NCBI GenBank assembly: GCA_965222115.1
Contig: CBDCTJ010000007.1
Location: forward strand, 1,548,082 to 1,612,081
From: Planctomycetota bacterium
GTDB taxonomy: Bacteria > Planctomycetota > PLA2 > JAEUHO01
Length of the DNA: 64,000 bases
Direction: 5' to 3'
In this document: piece after piece, positions 18,531 through 28,225 of the stretch
Position numbering within the stretch: position 1 is the stretch's first letter
How the letters are laid out: the number at the start of each line of letters is the position of its first letter
The notes under the pieces: model-generated
The model's database searches: none
What the model saw: only the letters and a program-made list of their open reading frames with translations
What the model was told of the DNA's origin: nothing
Translations under genes and position numbers: made by a program

Positions 18531-21500
18531 ATGGCTCGCAAGCAAGAAGCGAAGAACGCAAAGACTCTAGGTCGCCAAGATTACGCGCGACCGTTTGTTC
18601 AACGTCCGTTGGGGTTGCTCCTGGTCGGCGTTTGTACCTACCTGGCTTCGATCGCAATGCTCTCTGGAGTACTGCGTCCTGATGCTGACGCTGCTCCTCC
18701 GCCCATGATCCCTTTGGGGGCGAATCTAAAAGACACTGCGATCACGTCGGACACACAAAGCAGTCTCAAGATGGGGTATGCCGTTGACCCTGGTGCAGGA
18801 GGCGTGCACGAGTTTGACCTCAGCTCTTCCTTGCCAACAAAGTTCATCGACTTGGGGCCTCCCAACCAAAATACGATCTCAAAGGTCGATATGAACGACA
18901 CCACCGGCGAGCTTGCCATGGGCAATGCAAACGGCGACGTGATGCGGATTGACCCATCTTCGAGCACCGTTACCACAGTAGCCACAATCTCAGGCGACGC
19001 GAAGGTCCTCATGGCGGATGAGAGTTCTCCTAGCACCGAGGCCTGGGCAACTGACGGCGCCACGAGTCAGTTGATGGAAATCAAGACTTCCGGAGCGACC
19101 TACGGTCAGGGCATGATGTCATTTCCCAATGGACCATTTGAGATGTCGGGAAAGCCTAGTCAGCCAGATTCAAACGTTTTCGCATTGGGGAAGGGGTCGG
19201 CAGAGATTGTTCGGTTTGACAGCGCGACTCTGACGTTCTATGACGACTCTTACGGTACCGCAGTTGTGAAGCCGACTGGGCTTGCAGTGGGCGATGGAGA
19301 CTATTGTTACGTGTCGGTTGAGAACGGAGCAGACAGCGAGCTGCTCCAAGTGGATACACGTGCCGCCACATTTGGATTCGTCACACCGATCTTGCACACG
19401 TTCACTGGAACCGCCGCAGTCGACGTTTCGATTGCCGGACCATGGGTGACTGTACTCCTGGAGGACTCGGGAACGAGCAGCACGGTTGCTCATGTCTTTG
19501 ATGTTGGAAATCCAGGCAGCACGCTTGAAGTCGGAACGGTAATGCTTCACGGCGGCCAACTTCCCTATGGTGGACTGACGACCTGGCTCGAAGATGGTGA
19601 GAGTTACGACGACTTGAATTTTCTCTACTCGGGCGCTACGCAAGATGTCGGGTATGTTCCGGGAACAGAGGTCATGGAGGATTGGAGCTATGGTCCTTCG
19701 ACCGTAGTCACAACCGCAACGAACAAGCCGATCATAACCAACGCGGCTTCCGGTGCGTTTGCGCAAGAGGCGCTGAACTGCACAGACTGCCCGTGCCCTC
19801 CCTTTGACGCCGAGGCACAGGGCATGATCCCCGGACCGACGCCAGATGCGCACGGGAGTACGGAGACTGGCGTATCCAACGCAGCCGCAAGCCCAGGAAG
19901 TGTCCAGTACAGCACCGGCGAAGAAGTGCTGACTCATAACCTGGTCACGTTTCCGGGCGTCGGCCTTGATCTGACGCTGAGCCTCACCTACCGATCAAGG
20001 AGAGACTACAAGCACCGCTACGGGAACAATTGGTTCTTCAATCACGACGTCCGAGTGCATCCAGAGACAAATGGTGATGTGACGTATCAAAGTCCGTATG
20101 GGCGACTGGATACGTACAAGACGATCGGCTCCGGGAGCTTCCAGTCGCCGGTGCATTACGATACTACCTTGGTTGTGCTGCCCGGCATCGGCCACCAAGT
20201 AACCGATCGCTTCGGCACAGTAAGCACATTCGATCTCCTCGGACAGCGCATTAGTCTGGCAGATCGATACCAGAATACGATTGCATACACGTGGCAAAAC
20301 GGGCTATTGACAGGGATCAGGGACACCCTCCTGCGGGACTACGTACTCAACTACGACGCCAACGCAAGGCTCTCAAGTATCGTGGACTACGGCGGTCGTA
20401 TTTGGACGTTCAACTATGACTACATGGGGAACCTTAGAACCATCAGTGCACATGGCTCAAACGGGGTCGCCGGCACGTTCTTCTCATACACCAGTAACGA
20501 TCCTCAGGTGAAGTTCCAGGGGAACCTCCTGCATGTCACGAATCCCAACGGTGAGCGGGCTCAAACGCTTGAGTATGACGAACACGATATGGTCGTGAGG
20601 GAGAAGCTGGGAGATGGTGAATACTTCTTTAGCTACGACACCAATCTTCAGCAGACAACCGTCATAGACAGAGTCGGTACCAAGACGCGGTGGACATTCG
20701 GCGCCTTTGCCGTTGCTACTGAAAAACGTATTTACAATCAGGGTATTCGCCCGAACGCGCCGGTCGGAAGCTGGGAAGACACGAAATGGGAAGTCGACCC
20801 CAACACCGGAATGGTGGTCACTGAGTCCTACTACGCAGGCGGGCGAACTGAGTTCATCTATGATAACAAACTAAACCTGACTAACGTTCGCCGCAAGTTG
20901 ATCGATACCGCTACGGATAGTTCTACCGATCTCGTTACGACATACGAATACGCCGTTCAGAAGTTTAATCAGCTGAAAGGGATTACCGATCCCATGGGCA
21001 ACTACACTGCCATGACGATCGATCTGAGCGGGAACACTATCTCTACTACGCGACCTACCGTGACGCAGCCCGTTTCGCAGACGGCGACGGAGGGCGCGAC
21101 ATTTGATACCCGAGGGCGGATCACATCCTCAACCGACTCCGAGGGGCGCCTCACGACGTTTACTTACTACAACACAGGTGTTCAGTTCGGCTATTTGTAT
21201 CAAGTCATCCGCGATCCAAGTGGACTCGCTCTCACGACGACGTTTGATTATGACCAGTACGGAAATGTGATCGCCGTAACCGATCCGCTAGGCAAGAAGA
21301 CGGAAATGACGGTGAACCTAGGAAACTACGTCACCGAGATCAAGGCGCCTGCACCGCTCAACTACCGAAAGAAGCTGAGTTACGACAAGAACGGGAATCT
21401 GACGCTTGTTGAGACGGAGAACATTGATAAGGACGGCGTACTTGACGCGACGACCCCCTGGATTGAAGAGAGCTACACCTACAACGAGCTGGGTTGGCGT

Positions 21501-24500
21501 CTATCGTCAACCAGGAGCCTCACCGCGACAGAGGCAGCCACCACGTCGTTTGAGTACGATTTTGAGGGACGAGTAGTCCGGGTGGCTGATCCGACCGGAA
21601 TTTGGACGAAGTTTCAGTATGACGAGCGGGGGTTCTTGTTCAAGATCAAGCGCGCGGTGCAGGATGCCCCGAACACAACAACGGTAACGACGCTCCATGA
21701 CGCTCGCGGCAATTTGATTAGCACGACTGACGCCGAAGGAAATACAACAGCCAGTATCTATGACAACTATGATCGCATTACTAGGCGAACGAACGCACTA
21801 GGAAACTATATAGCGTGGACGTATGACAAGAACGGGAACGTGTTGACTTCGGCTGCGTACGACGCATCCGCCGTTCTCCAGTCTCAGACGACCAATCACT
21901 TTGACGAGCGCGATCGAATTTGGAAGCGCGTGCGAAGCCGGTTTGGGCCGGGGCTTACGCCAAGTTATCCAACGATGACGATTCAGCACGATATGACGAA
22001 CCGTGTCACTGAGATCAGAGATCCACTCAACAACAAGACGACCTACTCGTACGACGCCGTAGGACGGCAAGTCTTGGTCCAAGACGCCATCGGAAATGAA
22101 ACCGAGTGGATTCTCGATGCGCGCGGGCAAGCTACAAAGATCAAGCGCAAAGACATTCCTACCGCCGGTGGATCGGAGACATTTGAGACGGAGTTCGTCT
22201 ATGACGTGCTCGGGCGCATGACTTCGCGTCGTGAGATCGATCGACTTAACGCATCCAATATTCTCACGACCAATTTTTCCTACGATAGTCGTGGGAATCT
22301 GACGTTCCGAGTTGACGCCGAGGGCAACCCGGTGCGTTGGACGTACGATCTGGCCAGCCGTCAGACAAGTTACGAGCGCGCGTTGGCAACGGGTACGGGT
22401 ATTGAGGACTTTACGAACAGCATTCTTGAGACGGCGACCTATGACGCGGCGGGTCGGCTTAAGACGATTTCCGATGACAACCTGAACACGACAATCTACG
22501 CGTACGACAGTCATGGGCGGATGCATCAGACGACGTTTGCCGACGCCAAGACGGTTTCGCTCACATTTGACAAGAACAACCTCGTAAAGACCCGTACGGA
22601 TCAAAACGGTACGGTTGTTACCAATTCGCGTGACGTTCTTGGCAGGCTGACCTCCCGATCGATTGCGAGGGCCAGCGGGGTCTTGGGAGATTCCTCAGAA
22701 GTCTACACTTACGACGCGCTCAATCGCGTTACGAAGGCGTGGGATTCAGACTATCAGGTGGTGTTCACTCGTGACAGCATGGGGAACCTTCTGTCGGAGA
22801 AGCAAGGATACTCGGTTGCCGGTCAGGAGAAGTGGAAGACTGTAACGTCTTCGTATACCGACGCGGGTTCTCGGAGCGTATTGAGTTATCCCAGCGGATT
22901 CATTGTTTCCTATCAGCGTGACGCGATTTACCGCATGACGATCATGACGGATGCGTTGGCGTCGGCAAATATCGCCACCTTCACGTTCCAGGGGGCGAAT
23001 CGGCTTGCTAAGACGACGAACCAAAACTCGACCACGACCGATCACGGCTACGATGGCTTTGCGCGACTCTCGCAACTTGATCACAAGAATGGTTCGAGCC
23101 AGAGTTTCCACATGTTTGATTATTTGTATGACAAAGTGCACAACCGGCGAATGGAGAAGAATTCGTTCAATTCCACCTGGATCAACGCGCTGCCCTCCGG
23201 CATTCAGCCGTTCCTAAATGGGAGAAACGGCAAGGGCGATGTCTATGCCTACGATATGGCCTATCGCATGGTGGACACGCGATATGACGTGACTAGTCCT
23301 GCGGCGGAGGTGGCCACGCCCGGTTCGCAAACCTACGTCACCAAGCAGATCTACACGCTTGATGGGCTAGGTAATCGTAGCCAGACACAACAGACGCCTT
23401 GGGGAGGCTCAAGTTCGACGACAACCTACACGTTCAACGCCATGAACGAGTACACGGCGATCGGAAGCACCTCGCGGACACACGACAGCAACGGCAGTCT
23501 GACGAATGATGGCACCCAGACGTATCACTATGACTATCAGAATCGTTTGATCGAGGTCAGGGCCGTTGGGCCGAGTACGCTTATCGCAAGGTATAAGTAC
23601 GATGCGCTGGGTCGGCGTGTAGAGAAGTACGTCGCGTCAGGAACGGCCACCACACGCTATGTGCTTGATGGCTCGGACATAGCCGAGGAGTACGACGGCG
23701 CGGACACTTGGGCAGCGCGATACTTCCATGAAGACCGCATTGACCATCCGCGGGCGATGGATCGTGCTGACATCTCGGATGTAGATGGGGATAGCGATAC
23801 GAGCGAAGTGCTACGCTTTCATTATCACCAGAATGCACTGGGGAGCGTAAGCGAGGTTTCCGCTCCCGGTGGCGGTGTGGTTGAGTGGGTGACGTATGAC
23901 GTCTATGGAAAGGCGACTGTTCGCAACTCGGCTGGAACGACGCAGGGCTCAAGCTTTGTCGGCAACCCGTTCCTGTTCACGGGGCGAGAGTTCGACGCCG
24001 AATCGGGAATGTATCACTATCGCGCGAGAGCGTATGACCCCGAGGCGGGGAGATTCTTGCAGAGAGACCCGTTGGGGTATGTGGATGGACTCAACTTGCT
24101 AGCCTACGTTGCTAGCAACCCTGTAACACTCAATGACCCGTTGGGGCAGGCGATTCAGCTGCACAGTGGGGTAGGTGGAGGTGCACCATTCAGCCATTTT
24201 AGTGCCGTCGGTTGGGGGACAAAACCCGTAAGTGAGGTTATTGGAAGTATCGGAAGCAGTCTACAAGGAGGATTTGAGACGCTCGGCAATTTGATGGCAG
24301 ATGTGGGCGAAGAGATGGCGAGCAGCGTATCGTTGGTCTTGAGGCCGGTCACAGAACTCGGGAATGGCATCAATAGCGCTCTTGGAATAGATGATGAACT
24401 CGCGGCTGCTGAGGAGTACGTAGGTAAGAAAGTTGAGGCGGGAATGAACTGGGCGGGCAGTAAAGTAGGTCTATCTGGGCGAGCACTAGGTGGACTTACG

Positions 24501-24944
24501 GGTGCCTTTGGCGGAGGTACGGCTCTGGCCAGGCGGTTAAGGAGTCGTGGCGCAAGGTCAGCTCCCTCACCAGTCGACTTTGTGGATGATCCTACTCCTC
24601 CGACGACTGTCGTGACGACTGGGACGAGCGCTGCTAAGAAGGCAAAGTGCCCAGTTGTAGTAAAAGAGAGGGTGAGCAAAGGCGCGGATGGCGCAACGTC
24701 GAGGCATATCATTGAGAAGGACGCTGGCGGAAACACTAATTCAAAGACTCATGTCGTAGAAAAGGATGGTGAAATCATCCACCAGCATCAAGAGCATGTA
24801 GGTAAGGAAGGGAGTACTCGGAGATTTCCCGATTCATGGACGGGGACGAAAAGTGTGAATGCGCGCGATCACGTAAAGACTGGCCCAAGAATGCGACCCG
24901 ATCCATCCAGGCCCGATGGGAAAGAGGGTCCCCATGGGAGATGA
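18531..24944 (+). CDS. RHS/YD-repeat polymorphic toxin (2137 aa) with an uncharacterised C-terminal toxin domain
   Basis: N-terminal signal anchor (LLLVGVCTYLASIAMLSGV). Dozens of YD repeats (YTYDALNRVT, YAYDSHGRM, FEYDFEGRVV...). The RHS core ends with the canonical sequence ...YRARAYDPEAGRFLQRDPLGYVDGLNLLAYVASNPVTLNDPLGQ (DPxGL aspartyl-autoprotease motif). A ~265-aa C-terminal extension follows. Confidence 0.9.
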   Translation: MARKQEAKNAKTLGRQDYARPFVQRPLGLLLVGVCTYLASIAMLSGVLRPDADAAPPPMIPLGANLKDTAITSDTQSSLKMGYAVDPGAGGVHEFDLSSSLPTKFIDLGPPNQNTISKVDMNDTTGELAMGNANGDVMRIDPSSSTVTTVATISGDAKVLMADESSPSTEAWATDGATSQLMEIKTSGATYGQGMMSFPNGPFEMSGKPSQPDSNVFALGKGSAEIVRFDSATLTFYDDSYGTAVVKPTGLAVGDGDYCYVSVENGADSELLQVDTRAATFGFVTPILHTFTGTAAVDVSIAGPWVTVLLEDSGTSSTVAHVFDVGNPGSTLEVGTVMLHGGQLPYGGLTTWLEDGESYDDLNFLYSGATQDVGYVPGTEVMEDWSYGPSTVVTTATNKPIITNAASGAFAQEALNCTDCPCPPFDAEAQGMIPGPTPDAHGSTETGVSNAAASPGSVQYSTGEEVLTHNLVTFPGVGLDLTLSLTYRSRRDYKHRYGNNWFFNHDVRVHPETNGDVTYQSPYGRLDTYKTIGSGSFQSPVHYDTTLVVLPGIGHQVTDRFGTVSTFDLLGQRISLADRYQNTIAYTWQNGLLTGIRDTLLRDYVLNYDANARLSSIVDYGGRIWTFNYDYMGNLRTISAHGSNGVAGTFFSYTSNDPQVKFQGNLLHVTNPNGERAQTLEYDEHDMVVREKLGDGEYFFSYDTNLQQTTVIDRVGTKTRWTFGAFAVATEKRIYNQGIRPNAPVGSWEDTKWEVDPNTGMVVTESYYAGGRTEFIYDNKLNLTNVRRKLIDTATDSSTDLVTTYEYAVQKFNQLKGITDPMGNYTAMTIDLSGNTISTTRPTVTQPVSQTATEGATFDTRGRITSSTDSEGRLTTFTYYNTGVQFGYLYQVIRDPSGLALTTTFDYDQYGNVIAVTDPLGKKTEMTVNLGNYVTEIKAPAPLNYRKKLSYDKNGNLTLVETENIDKDGVLDATTPWIEESYTYNELGWRLSSTRSLTATEAATTSFEYDFEGRVVRVADPTGIWTKFQYDERGFLFKIKRAVQDAPNTTTVTTLHDARGNLISTTDAEGNTTASIYDNYDRITRRTNALGNYIAWTYDKNGNVLTSAAYDASAVLQSQTTNHFDERDRIWKRVRSRFGPGLTPSYPTMTIQHDMTNRVTEIRDPLNNKTTYSYDAVGRQVLVQDAIGNETEWILDARGQATKIKRKDIPTAGGSETFETEFVYDVLGRMTSRREIDRLNASNILTTNFSYDSRGNLTFRVDAEGNPVRWTYDLASRQTSYERALATGTGIEDFTNSILETATYDAAGRLKTISDDNLNTTIYAYDSHGRMHQTTFADAKTVSLTFDKNNLVKTRTDQNGTVVTNSRDVLGRLTSRSIARASGVLGDSSEVYTYDALNRVTKAWDSDYQVVFTRDSMGNLLSEKQGYSVAGQEKWKTVTSSYTDAGSRSVLSYPSGFIVSYQRDAIYRMTIMTDALASANIATFTFQGANRLAKTTNQNSTTTDHGYDGFARLSQLDHKNGSSQSFHMFDYLYDKVHNRRMEKNSFNSTWINALPSGIQPFLNGRNGKGDVYAYDMAYRMVDTRYDVTSPAAEVATPGSQTYVTKQIYTLDGLGNRSQTQQTPWGGSSSTTTYTFNAMNEYTAIGSTSRTHDSNGSLTNDGTQTYHYDYQNRLIEVRAVGPSTLIARYKYDALGRRVEKYVASGTATTRYVLDGSDIAEEYDGADTWAARYFHEDRIDHPRAMDRADISDVDGDSDTSEVLRFHYHQNALGSVSEVSAPGGGVVEWVTYDVYGKATVRNSAGTTQGSSFVGNPFLFTGREFDAESGMYHYRARAYDPEAGRFLQRDPLGYVDGLNLLAYVASNPVTLNDPLGQAIQLHSGVGGGAPFSHFSAVGWGTKPVSEVIGSIGSSLQGGFETLGNLMADVGEEMASSVSLVLRPVTELGNGINSALGIDDELAAAEEYVGKKVEAGMNWAGSKVGLSGRALGGLTGAFGGGTALARRLRSRGARSAPSPVDFVDDPTPPTTVVTTGTSAAKKAKCPVVVKERVSKGADGATSRHIIEKDAGGNTNSKTHVVEKDGEIIHQHQEHVGKEGSTRRFPDSWTGTKSVNARDHVKTGPRMRPDPSRPDGKEGPHGR

Positions 24945-25521
24945 TAAGAAGTTGGTTTCGCGAGAAGAGGAGCAGACAAGAGTGGAAGGTTGTGAAACGC
25001 TGCTGCGCCACTTGGTTCAGATCGCAATGGGACTGGCAAGAGTACCTCGGGCCGGCGATGTATATATGCAACGGATCTTGAATTGCGCCATAGGATGGCT
25101 CAACGATGAGAGTGGTCTTAGGGGCATCCGCGATGCGTTTCTTGAATTGTATGCAGATCTTCATTCGAGCACTGACAGCCGAAAGCCGTACGAAAAATTC
25201 ATGAATGCTGTGCTCCATGACCCGGCCGCCGAGGTCAGGGCACCTCTGGAGTTTGCTACGTACTATCTCAGTGCCGCGTGCTCTGATACAGAGATGGACT
25301 TGACGACCCGTTTTGAATTACTAGATGCAATCTTGTGGGATTCGGTAATTCCAAACACTCAAGATTCAGTTCGAACGCACTGCGATGATTTTCGATCGTT
25401 GGTTGAAGCTGCAAGCCACGACTTGGAAGATGGATTCGAGATCGCGGACATGCGCTTAGACGAATTACTGAGAGAAGGACGAAATCTCTTAGCTGTCATA
25501 CGAGAACTTGCTAGCTCGTAG
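24934..25521 (+). CDS. putative cognate immunity protein of the RHS toxin
   Basis: 196-aa predicted all-alpha ORF whose start (MGDDKK...) overlaps the RHS stop. This position is typical for RHS immunity genes. No recognisable family. Confidence 0.45.
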   Translation: MGDDKKLVSREEEQTRVEGCETLLRHLVQIAMGLARVPRAGDVYMQRILNCAIGWLNDESGLRGIRDAFLELYADLHSSTDSRKPYEKFMNAVLHDPAAEVRAPLEFATYYLSAACSDTEMDLTTRFELLDAILWDSVIPNTQDSVRTHCDDFRSLVEAASHDLEDGFEIADMRLDELLREGRNLLAVIRELASS

Positions 25522-25522
25522 A

Positions 25523-25553
25523 GATACGGAGTACGGGCAAAATCCACACTTTT
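25523..25553. repeat. solo copy of the GAGATACGGAGT...CAAAATCCACAC repeat (same family as the 14710-15064 element arms)
   Basis: GAGATACGGAGTACGGGCAAAATCCACAC lies immediately after the immunity-gene stop. It aligns with both arms of the element at 14710-15064. Confidence 0.4.
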
Positions 25554-25662
25554 CGGGGAAGTGCCGGATTCATTGCCAGAGGCCGAGCAAGGACTAGGTC
25601 CTCATCCTTCGACAACAAGAACGGCGCCTGAGCGCATCTCCCCGCCACGGTAAACTAGCACC

Positions 25663-26511
25663 ATGCCCGGTCGCCCACTGCCCCACCGCTTGCGTCGCCT
25701 GACGTGGATGGCCTGTGTTCCCGTAGCGGTCGCCGTGATCCTATTGACCATTGATTTCGTGGAAGACAAGCAGCGCGCAACACCGGCGCCATTCACCCGG
25801 ATTCGACCTCAAGCGCGAACACCAGTAACGGTAATGGCGCCCACCGACAACACGTTGCTCCGTCTCGTTGAACAGATGTATCCAGATTCACCCAGAGCAA
25901 ACGCGCCAATAAGCAATCAAGAATCTGCACCGACCATTCCACCCCTCCGCGCCTTCGCCATCTCCATGTGGATTCACGGTGATTCTGGAACCACATTGAC
26001 ATTGCGTTGCAAAGATCCAGCCCACGACATCGCCTATTGCATTGGCACCGACAACCCTGATCGAGACGTGAAGTTGGTAGGAGTGGATGTGGACGACAAA
26101 CTTGCGCGCTTTACTGTCAGTCGCGGCGATGAGCAGTACACCTTCGAGTTCGATCGAAGCCGTGAGTTCCACAGCCCCGTCATTCGGTTCAGTTCGCCTG
26201 GAACAGTGCTAGGCGCTCAAGGCTATCACTCCCAAGTGGCCGCAAGCGCCAAGCACCCAGACCTCAAGGCGGTTCCTTACTTCGATAACCGCGGCAAGTG
26301 CATTGGCATGCGTGTCACCGGACTTCGCTCGGATTCGTCATGGGCGAACCGTGGGATTGAGCGTGGTGACGTGCTACTCGCGGCAGATGACATCGCGATG
26401 CACCAGCCTGCCGTGTTTCGCAAGCGAGTGAAGGGCGGATGGGCGCCAAAGAGTCTCAAGATCGGGAAGATCGAAGGTGGCGGGCTTCGTGAGGTAGAGC
26501 TGGGCGGGTAG
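25663..26511 (+). CDS. PDZ-domain membrane protein (GspC-like architecture)
   Basis: N-terminal TM segment (MACVPVAVAVILLTI). C-terminal PDZ-like segment (GMRVTGLRSDSSWANRGIERGDVLLAADDIAM). Confidence 0.45.
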   Translation: MPGRPLPHRLRRLTWMACVPVAVAVILLTIDFVEDKQRATPAPFTRIRPQARTPVTVMAPTDNTLLRLVEQMYPDSPRANAPISNQESAPTIPPLRAFAISMWIHGDSGTTLTLRCKDPAHDIAYCIGTDNPDRDVKLVGVDVDDKLARFTVSRGDEQYTFEFDRSREFHSPVIRFSSPGTVLGAQGYHSQVAASAKHPDLKAVPYFDNRGKCIGMRVTGLRSDSSWANRGIERGDVLLAADDIAMHQPAVFRKRVKGGWAPKSLKIGKIEGGGLREVELGG

Positions 26512-26512
26512 T

Positions 26513-26588
26513 TGGTAGGGGCAGAGGGATTCGAACCCCCGACCAATGGATTAAAAGTCCACTGCTCTACCGACTGAGCTATGCCCCC
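26513..26588 (-). tRNA. tRNA-Lys (anticodon UUU)
   Basis: The reverse complement reads GGGGGCATAGCTCAGTCGGTAGAGCAGTGGACTTTTAATCCATTGGTCGGGGGTTCGAATCCCTCTGCCCCTACCA. A cloverleaf can be drawn with a 7-bp acceptor stem, D-arm GCTC/GAGC, anticodon loop CTTTTAA (UUU), T-arm GGGGG-TTCGAAT-CCCTC and an encoded CCA. Coordinates are +/-1. Confidence 0.85.
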
Positions 26589-26660
26589 ACGTCGGAATTG
26601 GGGCGGTCAGTGTAGCGACGGGGCGGGCGGCGTCGAGGTGGAGAATAGGGCCGGAATCAC

Positions 26661-27659
26661 CTACTGCGAGATCAGGTGGTCGGCGAGTGCGTGCGCGCTG
26701 TCCCACGCGAGGGCCGGCGGGTTGTCGTTTCCGAGGCACCAGCTGCCTACACAACCCAAGTTCTCTTCCGCGTCGAACAAGTACGGCGCGCCCAACGCGA
26801 CTTCAGTGTGGGCGAAGTCCCAGCGGAACGTGCTTGCGTGAATCAGATCGGGTAGCGACGAGCGACCCAGTGCTCGCGCAAACGCTTCAGTAAGTAAGGG
26901 CAACGTCTCGGCTTCGGTGCGCAGCTGCTGTGGAATGCTCCATGACGTTGTCGCGTGTGCCATCCATAATTCTGGGAGCTGTTCGCGGCCCGGCTTATGG
27001 GATTCACACACGAGTAGCGCCAAGGGGGAGTTGTTGATGTGGGCACAGTCGTAGGGGACATCAAGTGAGTTTTCAAAAGCCACAGCGAGCGTCCATCTCG
27101 GGTGGGCCGAAACGCGGTCGAGCTGAGCAACAACGCGAGGCACCGCGTCCATGACCGACGCTGCCTGTGCTGCCGGAATGGCCGTGATCACGCCATCAAA
27201 CGGGCCCGCATGTTGGTGATCGATGTCCATCAAGTGCCATGCGTCACCACCACGCATGACACGCGCAATCCGTCGTCCCCGCTGAACGTCGACGCCCTCC
27301 AACAATGAGGCAACGACTCTCGACGCATATGGCCCGGCAGCATTCGGATCGCGTACCTCGATTGCAACCCGCTTGTTGACGCCGTTTTCGAATTGTGGAT
27401 TCCACCACGTGAGGAGCCCCTCGCCGCACCATCGATCGATCTGTTTGTCCAGCGATCGATTGGATTGCCAAAGCCATGGCAGGTGGCGCCCAACATGCAA
27501 CTCGCCGCGGGTCGTAGGACGTAGCGTTCCGCCAACTGCTAAGTCTTTTTCAAAGACGGTAACGTTGCGCCCGGCGTCAACCAGGCGACGTGCCAGCGCC
27601 GCACCCGCAAGGCCGGCACCAATGATTGCAATGCTTGATTGGATTGAAGGCTGAATCAC
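26661..27659 (-). CDS. NAD(P)/FAD-dependent oxidoreductase (renalase/amine-oxidase-like)
   Basis: N-terminal dinucleotide-binding motif IAIIGAGLAGAALARRLVDAGRNVTVFEK. 332 aa. Confidence 0.65.
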   Translation of the reverse strand: MIQPSIQSSIAIIGAGLAGAALARRLVDAGRNVTVFEKDLAVGGTLRPTTRGELHVGRHLPWLWQSNRSLDKQIDRWCGEGLLTWWNPQFENGVNKRVAIEVRDPNAAGPYASRVVASLLEGVDVQRGRRIARVMRGGDAWHLMDIDHQHAGPFDGVITAIPAAQAASVMDAVPRVVAQLDRVSAHPRWTLAVAFENSLDVPYDCAHINNSPLALLVCESHKPGREQLPELWMAHATTSWSIPQQLRTEAETLPLLTEAFARALGRSSLPDLIHASTFRWDFAHTEVALGAPYLFDAEENLGCVGSWCLGNDNPPALAWDSAHALADHLISQ

Positions 27660-27689
27660 GCCGAGAGCATACGGCCTAACCGCTGCGTG

Positions 27690-28118
27690 TTACGCGCATT
27701 CTGCGCAGCGACCGCGAATCTCGATGTTGTAGGCGCGTGCATGAAAGTCGCTGGGCGCCAGCGCGTCGATGTCCAACGACTCCAGCGACTCGTGTTGAAT
27801 GTCGCGCACCGCGCCGCAACGGTCACAGAGCAAATGGTGGTGACGCACGGGGTTGGCGTCATAGCGCGCACTGCTACTGGGATGACTGATTCGATGCACA
27901 AGCCCAAGCTCGGCGAATGTTTCGAGCGAACGATAGACGGTTGTACGGGACATTCCTGAGAGGCTGCTCGACACCGCATCAAATACCATGTCGGCTGTGG
28001 GATGATCCGTGCGCGATGCCAACTCGCGATAGATCGCCAAGCGCTGCACCGTGACGGGAATCCCGCGTTCGCGAAACAGCCGCTTCAGCGCATCGGTGGC
28101 GAGGGCGCCTTGTTGCAT
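27690..28118 (-). CDS. Fur-family metalloregulator (Fur/Zur/PerR)
   Basis: A start at the internal Met gives about 142 aa. DNA-binding helix region (TVQRLAIYRELASRTDHPTADMVFDAV...RTTVYRSLETFAELGLV). Metal-site HHH...C-x2-C (RHHHLLCDRCG) and a C-terminal CxxC (RGRCAECA). Confidence 0.8.
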   Translation of the reverse strand: MQQGALATDALKRLFRERGIPVTVQRLAIYRELASRTDHPTADMVFDAVSSSLSGMSRTTVYRSLETFAELGLVHRISHPSSSARYDANPVRHHHLLCDRCGAVRDIQHESLESLDIDALAPSDFHARAYNIEIRGRCAECA

Positions 28119-28225
28119 GGAAACGATCCTTCCGTCCAGGGCGGTTGGCGCGATCTTCCGGTCGTCGCCCACCGGATCCATAACGTACCTTGCACGTTGC
28201 CCGCGCAAAATCCGTGGTCGGGCTG

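Noticed and set aside
19170-19937. 255-aa - strand ORF (also 21798-22604 and 22746-23141)
   Set aside because: All are embedded antisense within the RHS repeat gene, whose YD-repeat periodicity and canonical core identify the + strand as coding.
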